Assembly: GCF_001194135.2 (NCBI RefSeq)
Contig: NC_068986.1
Span: forward strand, 34,798,615-34,862,614
Origin: Octopus bimaculoides
Taxonomy: Eukaryota
Direction: 5' to 3'
DNA: 64,000 nt
The position numbers and the translations under genes were made by a program. Below, one piece after another: positions 24,831 through 38,290 of the stretch (positions are counted from its first letter, which is position 1; each line of letters opens with the position of its first letter). Under the pieces are notes generated by a model. It saw only the letters and a program-made list of their open reading frames with translations. It did no database searches and was not told the origin of the DNA.

Positions 24831-25604
24831 TTATGCCTGTGATTAATAAGTTAATACGATTTATTATTATTAAAAAGAATAATTGTGATTAAGCACAAAT
24901 GTTTTATGATTTCTTTTATAATATAAATTTATAAATTTTTGTTTCAAGGGTACAAATTTATTATCAAAAAACACTGTGAGCTGCTTTTATTTCTTCATAT
25001 TGTTTCATAGCTGAATCTTTACAAAAATTCCATCCAATTTCTTCCCCTGGCTTCTTGTTACCTGATCTTCCTGTCTTGAATTAGCTAGCCATTTCTAATG
25101 ACCCTTCTATTATGCTGCAAATTTGGACTTTTGCATTGATGCTTGCAGTAGTTTTCTTATATATTTTTCTCCTAATACTCTTATTGTTACCAGCCACAGT
25201 AGAAGAAACCGAAATGTCAGCATCTGGAATTAGCAACAGCTTATTTTCCAAGCAGCATTAGTACTTATCACAGAAAGTAAAAAAAAAAAAAAAAATTCTC
25301 ACAAATTTGGATTAGATGTTTTTTTATTCCTTTTTTTAATTTATGTAAGAATATGCTTTTGTTTTAAATTTGCATTTGCCAAACTTTGTTATGTAATATT
25401 TGTTTTGTGTAATATTCGAGATTAATTTCTGTTGACTATAAAATAATTCCAAAACTACCTTTAATCTTTTCTTTTTTTTTTTTATTAATATTTTCTCTTC
25501 TTAAGTACCTTTGCAATAATTTTCTTTTCTTTTTATTATTCTTTTCCTGAAGATACACAATGTGACATTGGTTCACACATGCGTGTGCGTCTGCACTCAT
25601 ACAC

Positions 25605-25636
<32 letters not shown>

Positions 25637-25978
25637 NNNNNNNNNNNNNNNNNNNNNCCCCCCCATTATACAGTATATGATTCTGACTACTTGACATTTA
25701 GATGTTACCTTTGTTTCTTAATGTCACCTGTGCTACTATCGAAATGCTTTACAGAGTTTTTATTGTGGATTCTAAGCTTTATGTTCCTCCTATAAGATAT
25801 TGTACTCTACTTTCACTTAGTTTGCCATTGTTTCACTTGGTCACCTATTATGTTTTAAATCTGAACATAGAGACATACAGCAGATTCACCAACAAAAACA
25901 CAACAGTTACATTGTGAACAATATCTGTGTGTATGTGTGTGTTTGTCATTTTTCTTTTAGCTCTGTAATACAAGTTAA

Positions 25979-26325
25979 GTGGTGGCGCAATGGCCCAGTC
26001 GTTAGGGCAGCGGACTCGCGTTCGTAGGATCGCGGTTTCAGTTCCCAGACCGAGTGTTGTGAACGTTTATTGGGCGAAAACACCTAAAGCTCCACAAGGC
26101 TCCGGCAGTGGATGGTGGCAATCCCTGCTGTACTCTTCCACCACAACTTTCTCTCACTCTTACTGCCTGTTTCTGTTGTACTTGTATTTTCAAAGGGCCA
26201 GCCTTGTCACACTCTGTGTCTCACTGAGTATCCCCGAGAACTATGTTAAGGGTACACGTGTCTGTGGAGTGCTCAGCCACTTGCATGTTAATTTCACGAG
26301 CAGGCTGGTTCCGCAAGCAATGTAC
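25979..26325 (+). mobile_element. SINE family C (tRNA-derived), 3'-truncated
   Basis: TGGCCCAGTCGTTAGGG A-box and GGTTTCAGTTCCC B-box. Body matches the reverse of 48591-48937. Confidence 0.9.
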
Positions 26326-26609
26326 CCAGAGAGAAAGTTTTTACATTCGCTACATACATCAGGTAAATTGCCCCCACCCCAAATGTGAAGGGGCATACTC
26401 ATTAGATATGTCCTTTCACATACCACATGCAATGAAATCTCACAGCTCCCATATGGTTCACTTCCAAAATGCACTGGAACAGTTCAGGCAAAGAACATGC
26501 TCTGCACTTGGGGGAAAATTACCAGCTCCCTCCAAATTGAACCATAACTGCTTGAAGACCATCATCTGTATTACAAAGGAATTCCTTTGTGATATATATA
26601 TATATAAAT

Positions 26610-26745
26610 GAGATGCTCTCAGTTTCTATCTACCAAATCCATCACAAGGTCTTGATCAGCCCAAAGCTATAGTGAGAGACACTCACCCAAGGTGCCCCAC
26701 AGTAGGATTGAACTCAAGGTCATATACAGTCACGCTTGCACCTAT
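26610..26745 (-). mobile_element. SINE A head fragment
   Basis: CTACCAAATCC..CCCAAGGTGCC motifs. Confidence 0.7.
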
Positions 26746-27259
26746 AACTTGATTCTATTTATTTATTTATTTATTGGTGCTAGCTTTCTAAGTAGAAATA
26801 CATTTCCAAAATCAGAACATTACTCCTAGTATCAGTTCTTTATTATTGATAAAATTCTGGATTGAATATTATCCCAGTGATTTTTGCTGTTATTACTACT
26901 GCTGCTGCTGCTGTTGTTGTTGTTGTTGTTGTTCATTATGAAACATTTCTCACTAGCTATACTGGGATAAGTATTCTCACTAGTGGTGTGCTGCGAAACA
27001 CTTATTGACTGACTGACTGCTGATGTGAAAAAAAGAAAAGTAAAGAAAAAAAAAAAAAGGACACTAAAATTGTTCTCATTCTGCTCCAAGTGAGATTATT
27101 ATCATTGATTGGGAATCATCATGGAAACAATAATGCTATATCAGCTTCATGAATTGAATTAAATAATCAAATTGCTGCCCACATTGTGCATATCTGTGCC
27201 TCCACGCAGACAGGGGAATTTTCATTTCTCACATATACATACACACACACACTTGCAGA

Positions 27260-27325
<66 letters not shown>

Positions 27326-27892
27326 ATGGTGGTTGATAGATTCCAGAACTACAGTTTCAATTCCACTTGGTTACTACAGTTTCATTCAGGTCTATACTGC
27401 ATTATTTAAGCTGTCTGTGAGATAAGACATTCAGTAACATTTAATGATTCTGCCCATTCAAATCTTTTCTCTATTCAATTCTGTTGTGAATTCTCTAGCA
27501 AAACCGAAGACAACTTTGGTTCTACTATCAACAATAGAGCTTTGAATTCTAATTAAATTATGTTCATTGTTGGCTGAATCACAGCATTTAGATAGACAAT
27601 CCTCTGCCATATATGAAAAATACTATCAATAGTTTCACCTTGCTGCTAACCTCTTCAGTAGAGGTTGCTCTAAGACTAAATATAAAGATTAAAAGAACAA
27701 CAGTTCAAAGAATGGTACAAAAGTTGAATTGCTTTTATATGATATATTTTACTATTGTCAATTAATTGTGTTTTTACATATAAGAGCAAAATCTTAAGAC
27801 CTGTTTTAATATTATATTTTCACCAAGCTGTTGTTGTTGTCGTTGTTGCTGTTGTTATTATTATTGTTGTTGTAGTGTCAATTATAATTAAT

Positions 27893-28125
27893 ATTGTGGT
27901 GGATTGGTAAAATCATCAGAGCATTGGAAAAATTGTCTTGCAGCGTTTTATTCATTATTTGTTCTGGCACTTTACATTTTGAATTCAGATGTAATGAGAT
28001 CAACTTCACCTTTCATACCTCTGTCATTGATAAAATAAATTACCAGTCCAATACTGGTTTTGATATAATTGATTAACCCTCTTCTCTCGCGAAAATTACT
28101 GGCCTTTTGCCTAAATTAGAATCCG
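27893..28125 (+). mobile_element. Old SINE B
   Basis: CACCTTTCAT..GATAAAATAAATTACCAG core. A further degraded copy lies at about 28470-28690. Confidence 0.6.
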
Positions 28126-29281
28126 CTACTAAAAGAAGTAGAATTGAAAGTGGGTTAATGTTATGGGAGAATCCTGAACACCTCCATGGGACTGAAGGTG
28201 CACTAACCGATTAGAGTAAATAAGAATTGAGTGAACTATCAATGGGGGTAGTTGACAGTGTTAGTTCGACCATGTTGGTTACCCATGTTGGTTTAACACT
28301 CTGTAGCTGAACAGTGAATATTGAGTATCATACCTATTTTCAAGTAGTACAGAATACATTCTTTGTTTACATATATTTCTGTAATAGGTTATTTTTAGAT
28401 AACCACTACCAACTATTTATTTGTGTAATACCATTTTACACTAGACATGTACACCCACATCATAACAGTTAACAATTGATTAGAGCATTGAACAAAATAC
28501 TTTGTTGTTTATTTACACCCTGTTACATTCTGAGTTGAAATCCTACAAGATCAAGTATGCTTTTCATCTTTGTAGGATGGAGAATGGGGGAATAAAATGA
28601 GTACCAACCAAACATTAATGTTTCCAATAGAATCAGTTATACCTTCTCCAAAAATCTGTAGTTTTGTGCGTTTGTTAAAATTATTGTTATTAAGTAGTGA
28701 TTCGTCTGGAGTTTATATTGTTTCATTCTCTTAGTTTTGAAAAAATAAGTACCAGTTATGTACTTGTATCAGTTTAAGTGCATATATTAGTATTTCCTCA
28801 TACATGTGTCTTTGCATGAATATAAGAAATCCCTTTCTGTTTTTTAAGTATTATCAACAGCTGTAATTGTTGAGTTGTTTCTTTAAACTTGTGATGTCTT
28901 CTTTATCTATATACAATATTTAGTATAGCTCAATTATTCTCTCTAAGTATGTGTGTATATATGTCTATGCTTATGTCTGTGTCTTATAGTGCCATCTATG
29001 TCTTATACACTAAAGTATACACACAATCCTTGTCCTCTAATCTTCAGTAGGTCTGCAAGAATCAAAGAACAATACTGTCCAGTATCATAAATTCCTGCTT
29101 CGAAGCACCATGACTTTCTAGCTCGTAGCAATTATTGCATTTTGGTGTTATACAATGTAGATAATTCTGAATTTGTTTTAAATTAATAAATTTTAAACTT
29201 CAAGACACAGACATAGCCATGTTGTTGAGAATTTCCACTTAGCAAACATCTGGCTACTGTTTCAAACTCACTGTATGACAA

Positions 29282-29650
29282 TTTGAGCAAACGTCTTCTG
29301 TTTGTAGGCTTGGATTATCTAGTGCCTTGTGAAGTGAATTTAATGGATGGAAACTGTGTGGAACCTCTTTGTGCATGTTCTTGTGTATATGCCTCTGTCT
29401 GTCTGTGTGTGTGTCCGTGTCCGTGTGTCCATGTCCTTGTTTATGTTTACTGGTGTAAACCAGTGTGTGGAGTCATATCCTATTTTATCAAAAACATGAC
29501 TTAGTCATCCAATAAATACAAATCAATAAAATAAGAACCGTTTGGAAATCAATAGTGGGGGTCGATATGGTTGACCATAAACCTTGAAGGCCATACTCTA
29601 GAATAGTCACAGACCAATGAGCGAAAAACATTAAATAAAAAAAGAAAAAA
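29282..29650 (+). mobile_element. Old SINE A variant
   Basis: GAGCAAACGTCTTCT..GCCTTGTGA..GGAAACTG head, TG-rich middle and degraded GGGGTCGAT tail. Confidence 0.55.
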
Positions 29651-29986
29651 GGAAAGGATATTTCCTTTGGTTGGGAGGGGCTAGCATCTTATTGGAGTAA
29701 AATAAAAAAAAATAAAAATTAATTGATTAACACAACAGAAATTCGAGAAAGGCATTGGTGCAATGAGTCACAGAAATTAGGGGGGGGGGGGCTAGTTCTT
29801 CTGAAAAGTCTTTAAACATTTCAGAATGGCTCTTGTAATGTTCCAGCTGAAGATATTGTTAGTTTATTGGGCATTAGTAGGTTGGAAATATGGTTGAGGC
29901 AGGTCTGTTATTTAGTTTTGTAGTTGTTGTTGTTGTTTAGTTCTTGGTCAAAGATGTTCCACATCTCTGTTGATTTTCCTTTTTAA

Positions 29987-30208
29987 CCCTTTCGATACCA
30001 ATCCGGCTGAAACCACCTCTGGCTCTGTAGTACAAATGCCTTGTTTTCATAAGCTTTGAATTAAAATCTTCCACCAATCCTTAGTCACAATTTATATTCC
30101 TAACACTAGCTTAATGATAACTAAGTTATTTTACTAAATTCTTTGCTACATTAAAAATTAATTCAAAGAAATACAGAGCGTCTCAAAATAAATACGGTAA
30201 CGAAAGGG
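29987..30208. mobile_element. Intact 222-bp piggyBac-like MITE family F
   Basis: TTAA 29983-29986, TIR CCCTTTCGATACC, TIR GGTAACGAAAGGG (12/13 match), TTAA 30209-30212. Confidence 0.92.
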
Positions 30209-31553
30209 TTAAAGTGTGAGTTGAGGGCGGTTTGGGCTACTGTTTCCTGCAGGTCATGCAATAACATATAGACTCCCTTGTTGCTTCCAGTACCGTTTGT
30301 GAGGAAGAGTGAAGCATTAGTGAGTTAGATTTTCTTAAACACACACGTTGTTCAAACATAGAACACAAAAATAAAAAGGATGGTCACTACTGGAATTGCT
30401 TTGGTTATAGATCTGCCTGGTCAGAGCTGAGTCATTCTATCTTTACTGTGTACCGTAATGGTATCATTTTTAAAGACATTTGATTGCTACATAGGGCATG
30501 TTGAGTGATGTTGCAGAGAGGATGGTTCAAATGAGAAAGGCATTTCTGTCTACTTTAGTTACTTGAGTGATGACAACCTAAAGATCTCTATAGAGTATAC
30601 TACTCCTTCAACAAGCTAGATAGGCTCATCCTCTTTTGATATACCGATTAAATATTTACAAAAAGAAGAAAATAAACGAAAATCATCCTCTCCCCTCAGC
30701 TTACCAATTATAAACACAGAGCAACTGTTGCATTTGTGTGGCATCAAGTTCTCTCTTGTGAAATCTAGCAGGCTTTATTATCCTGTATGCCTGTTCATGT
30801 GACTAAGGGACGTCACTCTGGACGGGCAAAATTTTCCTCTCTGATCTGAGAATTCTTTTTACAGATCATCTCCCAGCACCACCACCACCATCACTCCCCC
30901 CTCTCTCTCTCTTTTTCCCTCTCTCCACAGCAATCTTGCTATGTCCACTCACTATCTCTTGACTTGAGAGAGAGAGGGGATGAACGGTGTAGAAAGAGGA
31001 AGAGAGAATACTCAATTATAATTAATATTTCGTTGTAAAAAGAGAATGGGGTTGGTGATGGGGGTCGGCAAGCTGGAGGGGGTCGTCAGTACAGCATGTT
31101 TTGTGGANNNNNNNNNNNNNNNNNNNNNNNNNNNNNNNNNNNNNNNNNNNNNNNNNNNNNNNNNNNNNNNNNNNNNNNNNNNNNNNNNNNNNNNNNNNNN
31201 NNNNNNNNNNNNNNNNNNNNNNNNNNNNNNNNNNNNNNNNNNNNNNNNNNNNNNNNNNNNNNNNNNNNNNNNNNNNNNNNNNNNNNNNNNNNNNNNNNNN
31301 NNNNNNNNNNNNNNNNNNNNNNNNNNNNNNNNNNNNNNNNNNNNNNNNNNNNNNNNNNNNNNNNNNNNNNNNNNNNNNNNNNNNNNNNNNNNNNNNNNNN
31401 NNNNNNNNNNNNNNNNNNNNNNNNNNNNNNNNNNNNNNNNNNNNNNNNNNNNNNNNNNNNNNNNNNNNNNNNNNNNNNNNNNNNNNNNNNNNNNNNNNNN
31501 NNNNNNNNNNNNNNNNNNNNNNNNNNNNNNNNNNNNNNNNNNNNNNNNNNNNN

Positions 31554-31595
<42 letters not shown>

Positions 31596-32603
31596 TGTAT
31601 TGATGTCTGTGTGTGCACATGTGTAATAAATGGTTGAATTAAATTGCTAGTTGTTTTCTTGAAGTTGATAGATTGGTGTTTTTATGGGCCCGAGTATTTG
31701 TGTAGCGCGCATGTGCAAGCGTGCCTATGTGTGTGTGTGCGCGTGTTTGCGTTTGAATGAGGGTGAGAGAGTGCCTGCGTGTACACATATTTGGGTGATC
31801 TTTCTTCATTGTACCTATCACCTAGGTCTCTCTTTCATGATGAAAACAGCATTCAGTCATCTCTCTTGATTCCCTTTCATGCACAAGTGCACACACTCAC
31901 TCGCGTGCGCGCGGATAGTTGTATATATCTATATATATATATATATATATATATCTACATGAGTTTGGCAGTGTGCATTGTGTATACGTATGCATTACAT
32001 GTGTGAGAAAGCGCGCACAAGAGAGAGAAAGTGTGTGTGTGTGTGCAGGGGTAATATGAGAGCATAGAACGGATGGAGAGAAAGAGAAAGTGAGAGAGAC
32101 AGACAGTCGTAAAGACATGAAACAAACACACACGCACACGCATGCACACACACACACACGCACAAAACTTGTGTTCTGGATGCAGAAGAGGTGGAAACCT
32201 TCCCCCTCCCCCCTCCATTTATCACTGAGCTAAGATGAAAGCAAACATCAAAGACAAGATGAAAGGACTCTGGGCCTGGCTGGGTAATTCTTAATAATGA
32301 CTTTGTAGGTTATAAAGACCATCCAGGGGGACTCAGCCAGGAGCAGAAGAAATTAGGATTATTATATCAGTTGTCAGAATAGTTAAACAGGTCTTGGGGG
32401 AGGGGGGAAGAGGAGAGAAGGCATATATAGATAAGTGAGGTGTAAGATGCCTTTGTGTGTGTGTGTGTTTACATGGTGGGACTGTGCGTTTGTGTATGTG
32501 TACCACCTATGTGAAATTGCTGGCTTATAGCTAGCAATGTCGGGTTGCTATGTTTCATGATAGTGATGATAGTAGCATTAGTATAATATTTTATTGTTTT
32601 TTA

Positions 32604-32638
<35 letters not shown>

Positions 32639-32714
32639 CTGTGTGTGCATTCGTATGTATGTATATATGGGAACATTTATATGGGTATGTGTATACACAA
32701 ATACATACGCACCG

Positions 32715-32756
<42 letters not shown>

Positions 32757-32766
32757 NNNNNNNNNN

Positions 32767-32815
<49 letters not shown>

Positions 32816-33014
32816 AAACAGCCTTATAGATATATATTCATTGAAGTGAATATTTATTTCATCTTCAAACTGTTCTGCCATTATTGCCCAGTTTTCGCAC
32901 CAACTTCCTCTTCTAAAGGGAAAAAGAAATATTCCTTCTCTCTCTTTCTCTCTCTATCTATCTCTATCTCATTTCTATGTACCTCTCCTCCTCAATGTAA
33001 CGATATATGTATGT

Positions 33015-33240
33015 TGTTGTTGTTGTTGTTGTTGTTGTTTAATCTCAAGTTGGTTCTGATCAAGCAGACTCATAATCAAAGACATTCTTGCTGTGACCAT
33101 CCCATCTTTTCAGGAATTATTTTATTCTAGTTACTCAAAATATCCAATGTGTCCTTCCATTTTCATAAAATGATTGGATATGAATCCGAGAGAGATTTAG
33201 CTACTATTTCTAACAGGTTCAGCAACAGCATCAAGGTCTC
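33015..33240 (-). mobile_element. Family G 3' end
   Basis: (TTG)n tail, GATCAAGCAGAC..GTGACCATCCC and GATTTAGCTACTATTTCT blocks. Confidence 0.65.
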
Positions 33241-33379
33241 TTTATGTATGTAGAGAGAAAAAAAACAAAACAAACAAAACAATGATCTCTTTGTAACTTC
33301 CTTCCTCCTTTTTATCATTCCTGAAGTTTATTCCATACTTGTCCCTGGGTTTCAAACTTTTGCTATTATTCCTTCTAAG

Positions 33380-33606
33380 TTGTTGTTGTTGGCACTCCGT
33401 CGCTTACGACGTCGAGGGTTCCAGTTGATCCGATCAACGGAACAGCCTGCTCGTGAAATTAACGTGCAAGTGGCCGAGCACTCCACAGACACGTGTACCT
33501 TTAACGTAGTTCTCGGGGATATTCAGCGTGACACAGTGTGACAAGGCTGACCCTTTGAAGTACAGGCACAACAGAAACAGGAAGTAAGAGTGAGAGAAAG
33601 TTGTGG
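33380..33606 (-). mobile_element. Young SINE C (runs into a gap)
   Basis: (TTG)n GGCACTCCGTCGCTTACGACGTCG..., near-identical to 48591-48810, with CpGs retained. Confidence 0.92.
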
Positions 33607-34006
33607 NNNNNNNNNNNNNNNNNNNNNNNNNNNNNNNNNNNNNNNNNNNNNNNNNNNNNNNNNNNNNNNNNNNNNNNNNNNNNNNNNNNNNNNNNNNNNN
33701 NNNNNNNNNNNNNNNNNNNNNNNNNNNNNNNNNNNNNNNNNNNNNNNNNNNNNNNNNNNNNNNNNNNNNNNNNNNNNNNNNNNNNNNNNNNNNNNNNNNN
33801 NNNNNNNNNNNNNNNNNNNNNNNNNNNNNNNNNNNNNNNNNNNNNNNNNNNNNNNNNNNNNNNNNNNNNNNNNNNNNNNNNNNNNNNNNNNNNNNNNNNN
33901 NNNNNNNNNNNNNNNNNNNNNNNNNNNNNNNNNNNNNNNNNNNNNNNNNNNNNNNNNNNNNNNNNNNNNNNNNNNNNNNNNNNNNNNNNNNNNNNNNNNN
34001 NNNNNN

Positions 34007-34063
<57 letters not shown>

Positions 34064-34780
34064 ATTTTCTTTCATATTCTCCCTTCATTCTATTGGTCTC
34101 TTCCTCACTCCACCTCCTTCTTGCTTCCTTCTCATTCTTCATCAATGTCTTCTTGATATTCACTGTCTCATTGTCTACTTTTTTTTTCCCCTTACACTTC
34201 TGTCTCTGTTCTCTCGCCTCCCCCTCCTCTCTCTTGGTTCTTCTTGTTTCATCTTCCCCTTCCTCCTCTCTTTATTTTCATCTCTCTGTCTCAACATCTT
34301 TTCTCTACTCTTTCCCCATCCTCCTCTCTACTCATCTCTACGCTCCTGTCTCCACGTTAAGGTTCAGCAGTTACATGTTTGTACAATTTCGCACCTTTAC
34401 AATACAAAAACGAACCATCCAAATTATGTTGCAGCACTGCCTGATGACAGTCTCACCTTTTCTTGCTGTTAAGATTCTAATTTCTCTCTCCCTCCTCCCT
34501 CCAGCCCCTTCTCTCCAGCTATCTGTTTATTAGGGAGAGATCTATCTATTTCTCCCTAATAAACTCTTGGTTCTTTAAAAGGTCATGTAAGAAGCTTTGA
34601 GAGAGTGAATGTTTGTTATCCAGTTCCATTTCAAACAATGATATGTATATGTGTGTGTATATATACATATATCATATAACCAGGGGGTCATCTTACCTTA
34701 CTTAAAATAAATACCACTTCCAAATGGGGTTAAGTACTGAATTAAAGCCTTCAGGTGATTTTAAAAAAATATATATATAT

Positions 34781-34915
34781 AGGCGCAGGAGTGGCTTTGT
34801 GGTAAGTAGGTTGCTTACAAACCACATGGTTCCGGGTTCAGTCCCACTGCGTGGCACCTTGGGCAAGTGTCTTCTACTATAGCCTCGGGTCGACCAAAGC
34901 CTTGTGGGTGGATTT
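34781..34915 (+). mobile_element. Young SINE A head (runs into a gap)
   Basis: AGGCGCAGGAGTGGC..GGTTCAGTCCCACTGCG..GGGCAAGTGTCTTCT. Confidence 0.9.
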
Positions 34916-35289
34916 NNNNNNNNNNNNNNNNNNNNNNNNNNNNNNNNNNNNNNNNNNNNNNNNNNNNNNNNNNNNNNNNNNNNNNNNNNNNNNNNNNNNN
35001 NNNNNNNNNNNNNNNNNNNNNNNNNNNNNNNNNNNNNNNNNNNNNNNNNNNNNNNNNNNNNNNNNNNNNNNNNNNNNNNNNNNNNNNNNNNNNNNNNNNN
35101 NNNNNNNNNNNNNNNNNNNNNNNNNNNNNNNNNNNNNNNNNNNNNNNNNNNNNNNNNNNNNNNNNNNNNNNNNNNNNNNNNNNNNNNNNNNNNNNNNNNN
35201 NNNNNNNNNNNNNNNNNNNNNNNNNNNNNNNNNNNNNNNNNNNNNNNNNNNNNNNNNNNNNNNNNNNNNNNNNNNNNNNNNNNNNNNCT

Positions 35290-35450
35290 AGTTGTATGAA
35301 ATAAACTTCTTGTTTTAAGATGATTTAAATTAAAACCTTCCATAAAAATTTCTGTTAATTTATGTTCCAAACATCAACTTAATAATGACAGCAATTTTTA
35401 CTAAATTCTTCATTATATTTCAAAATGAATTGGAACAATAGCTGTCTCAA
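35290..35450. mobile_element. MITE F internal fragment
   Basis: AAAACCTTCCAT..TTTATGTTCCAAAC..TACTAAATTCTTCATT matches the F body. Confidence 0.7.
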
Positions 35451-36089
35451 TTAAACTAACATTTTAAGTTTGTTTCATATTGTTTTTCAGAACTAATTCC
35501 AATAGCTTTTGTTGTCTGAATTTGTCTAGTTCTCAAGGAACCTCCATCAGTTAGACTTGACCATACGAATATGCATAAATGCACAGACTTGGGTGTGTGT
35601 GTGTGTGTAAGTAAGTAAGACAAGCAGTTGTCCATACATGCCAGCCTCCCCTTTCCATGGCACCAATGTTGTCTAAGGAAAAGGGCCAAAACAGCATGCC
35701 CTCAGTATTGTTACAGATGTTGCTGTTAACATTTTAAAAAAACATACTTTAAATATGTCATTCACCACTTTGAATTGGTACCTCTTTTATCAGCCCATGA
35801 AAGTTTTTCAAAAGGATGGAAAGCAAAATTGACCCTGGCTGAATTTGAACCTAGAGTGCACAAAGCTGGAACAAATATCACAAGCCACTCTACCCAACAA
35901 AACGATTCACCCCTTGTTTAAATCTCCGTAATCTGTATTTTAAAACTATATAGGTGTTTCATAATAGGAATTTTAGTCCTCGATATTAATATATCTCTTA
36001 TTTTTATTTGTGTGTGAGTGAATTAGATTAGTATAAATTTCTTGACTGGAAGTATCCTTATATATTCTGTTTCCTTTGACCACCGTTTT

Positions 36090-36520
36090 TTCTTTATATA
36101 CCAGCTTGCCTGAGACTATCCCTTGGTTCTGCAATAAACATCTGACTTTAATCTTTTAGCATTCAGATTTCTCTGTCAAATGTAATGCTTGTCTATTCAC
36201 ATTGATATGAATTAGTCATACATTATCTTGTAGCTTTTATATTTCAACGATATGATTGCTTATCTATAGAATAATATTGTTGGGTAAGTGTGAGAAGCCA
36301 GATCTGGCTGGTTTGAAGATAAAATAAATTATTTTAGCTGGTTATGGTCGCTTTAGATGCTAAAGAGTTGAAGTCAAGTCATGTCAATTGAAACTTTCCA
36401 TCAAAATTTCATGTTAATTTATGTTTATTAATGACAAAATTATTTTATTAAACGCTTCGTTATTTTTTAAATTAACCGAAACAAAGGCAGCGTAATTCAA
36501 CAGTCATATGATAAAATAAA
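36090..36520. mobile_element. MITE F split by MITE E (E = 36152-36367)
   Basis: F 5' part ends at TTAA 36148-36151. E has TCTTTTAGCATT..ATGCTAAAGAG ends, then TTGA, then the F 3' part resumes. Confidence 0.75.
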
Positions 36521-37137
36521 ATAGTGTTGAATTGAAGTTTGAACTGATTTTCAAATAGTTTCTTGTTTGTGTGTACCCATGTATCATTTAAATCTTTTGA
36601 AATCTCTGGTAATTAGAGTGCCATTGTTGACCACTATTACCTAACAGTCGAAAAACAGGTGGAACAATCAACTTGTGAATTCTACAGAATGATAGTAATT
36701 ACTATCATTCATTAAAGGCTTTTTATCTGGGTTTAACTTTTCCCTTTTATCCTACTTCAGGTATTTTCACCTGAATTAAGTAATCAGGCAAAATTCATCA
36801 GATCGTTGTTGTAAAAAGAGAATATATATATTGTCAATTCTGTTTCATTGAACGCCTCCTAAGCGTTTGGTGGACTTACATTTTAGGGTGTTTCTTTGAA
36901 ATAAAACAGAGAAAAAGAAATAGCTATGTAAAAAAGAAAACAACAAGCAAAAGAACTGTTTGTTTATATAAGTTAAGCCTTAATTAGCTCCTTGTGTTAA
37001 TGTCTAAACTTCATCATACAAAAACCATTTTATGTTGGTGGCTCTTTTGATTTTCTTGGACGAAACTATTCAACAAGATTGCTCTTACTTTTCTTTCATC
37101 CCACTTTAAATATATATGTTTTTTTTTATTTTTGTTT

Positions 37138-37198
<61 letters not shown>

Positions 37199-38169
37199 TT
37201 TTTGGCAATGGAAGTTTCAGAATTGCTAGATTCATGGATGAGAGAGAATGGTGTTGATGTTGGCATTACTGATGATGATGATGGTGACACTGATGGTGTT
37301 GGGGGGTTGTTTTTGGTGGACGATGAAGAACCTGTCAGGAATATCTGTCAATAAACTTGTAGTACTTGGTTATTATTTCCAGAATAATTCCTCTCCTGTT
37401 TAGAGCTTATTTTTTGCAAAGTCTCTCTCTCTCTCTCTCATTCTCTCTCTCTCAATCTCTCTCTCTCTCTCTTTTTTCTCTGGTTTTCTGTCTACTTTTT
37501 AATATAGCAATCTATTTAGTGTTGACTTTGGAATCAATTTTTCAGTTGTGTATATTCATAGTGTAGAGTTTTATATCTATTTCTTTACACATTTTTTTTT
37601 TTTTTTGGCTTTTTATTGCCGTTGATGCTGCTTTCATCATCATCATCATCATCATCATCATTATTATTATCATTATTGGGAAATCTTTGCTTCTTGTTAT
37701 TTATTACATTTTGGTGATCTTCTCTTTGGTTTTATTCTCCTCTGCTTGTGCTCTAAATATTAGATTGAAACTAAAGGTAAAAAAAAAAAAAAAATGAGGG
37801 TGATGTATTATTTATGGAGTTTTATACAAAGTAATCTAGTTGACTTCTCTTGAAACTGATGTATCAATGAAGAGAATCTCCACGTAAGTCCCCGCCTCTT
37901 CCCACCACACCCACCTCTCTTTTCTTACTCTTTCTCATCTCTGTCTTTCTTTCTTCCTCTTTATGTACTTCACCTCTTTCCTCCTCCTCTCCCAACCACC
38001 ACTCCATACAATTACTCACCTTTACTTGTTTTCATTTTCTTGGGTTTTTCAAAGTCATTAAGAAATTCCAAAACATATAACTCCACCTCCAAAAAAAAAC
38101 CCCACGAAAAACAAAAAAAGAAGTGAAATTTCAAAAATGCTTTCTCTCTCTCTCTCTTTCTCTCTATCG

Positions 38170-38209
<40 letters not shown>

Positions 38210-38254
38210 GTGTCTATATGTCTACTGTCTGTCTCGGTTTCTCTTTCTCACTAT

Positions 38255-38290
<36 letters not shown>

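Noticed and set aside
25979-26060. tRNA-like sequence (also the SINE A and B heads)
   Set aside because: A/B boxes belong to SINE heads; no complete cloverleaf, and it continues into the SINE body.
31040-31107. Minus-strand CTGACGA next to a gap
   Set aside because: No GAAA or helices in the required positions.
37860-37889. Consensus donor CAC|GTAAGT in unique DNA
   Set aside because: No paired acceptor or TCF-like frame found; it cannot be supported without RNA data.
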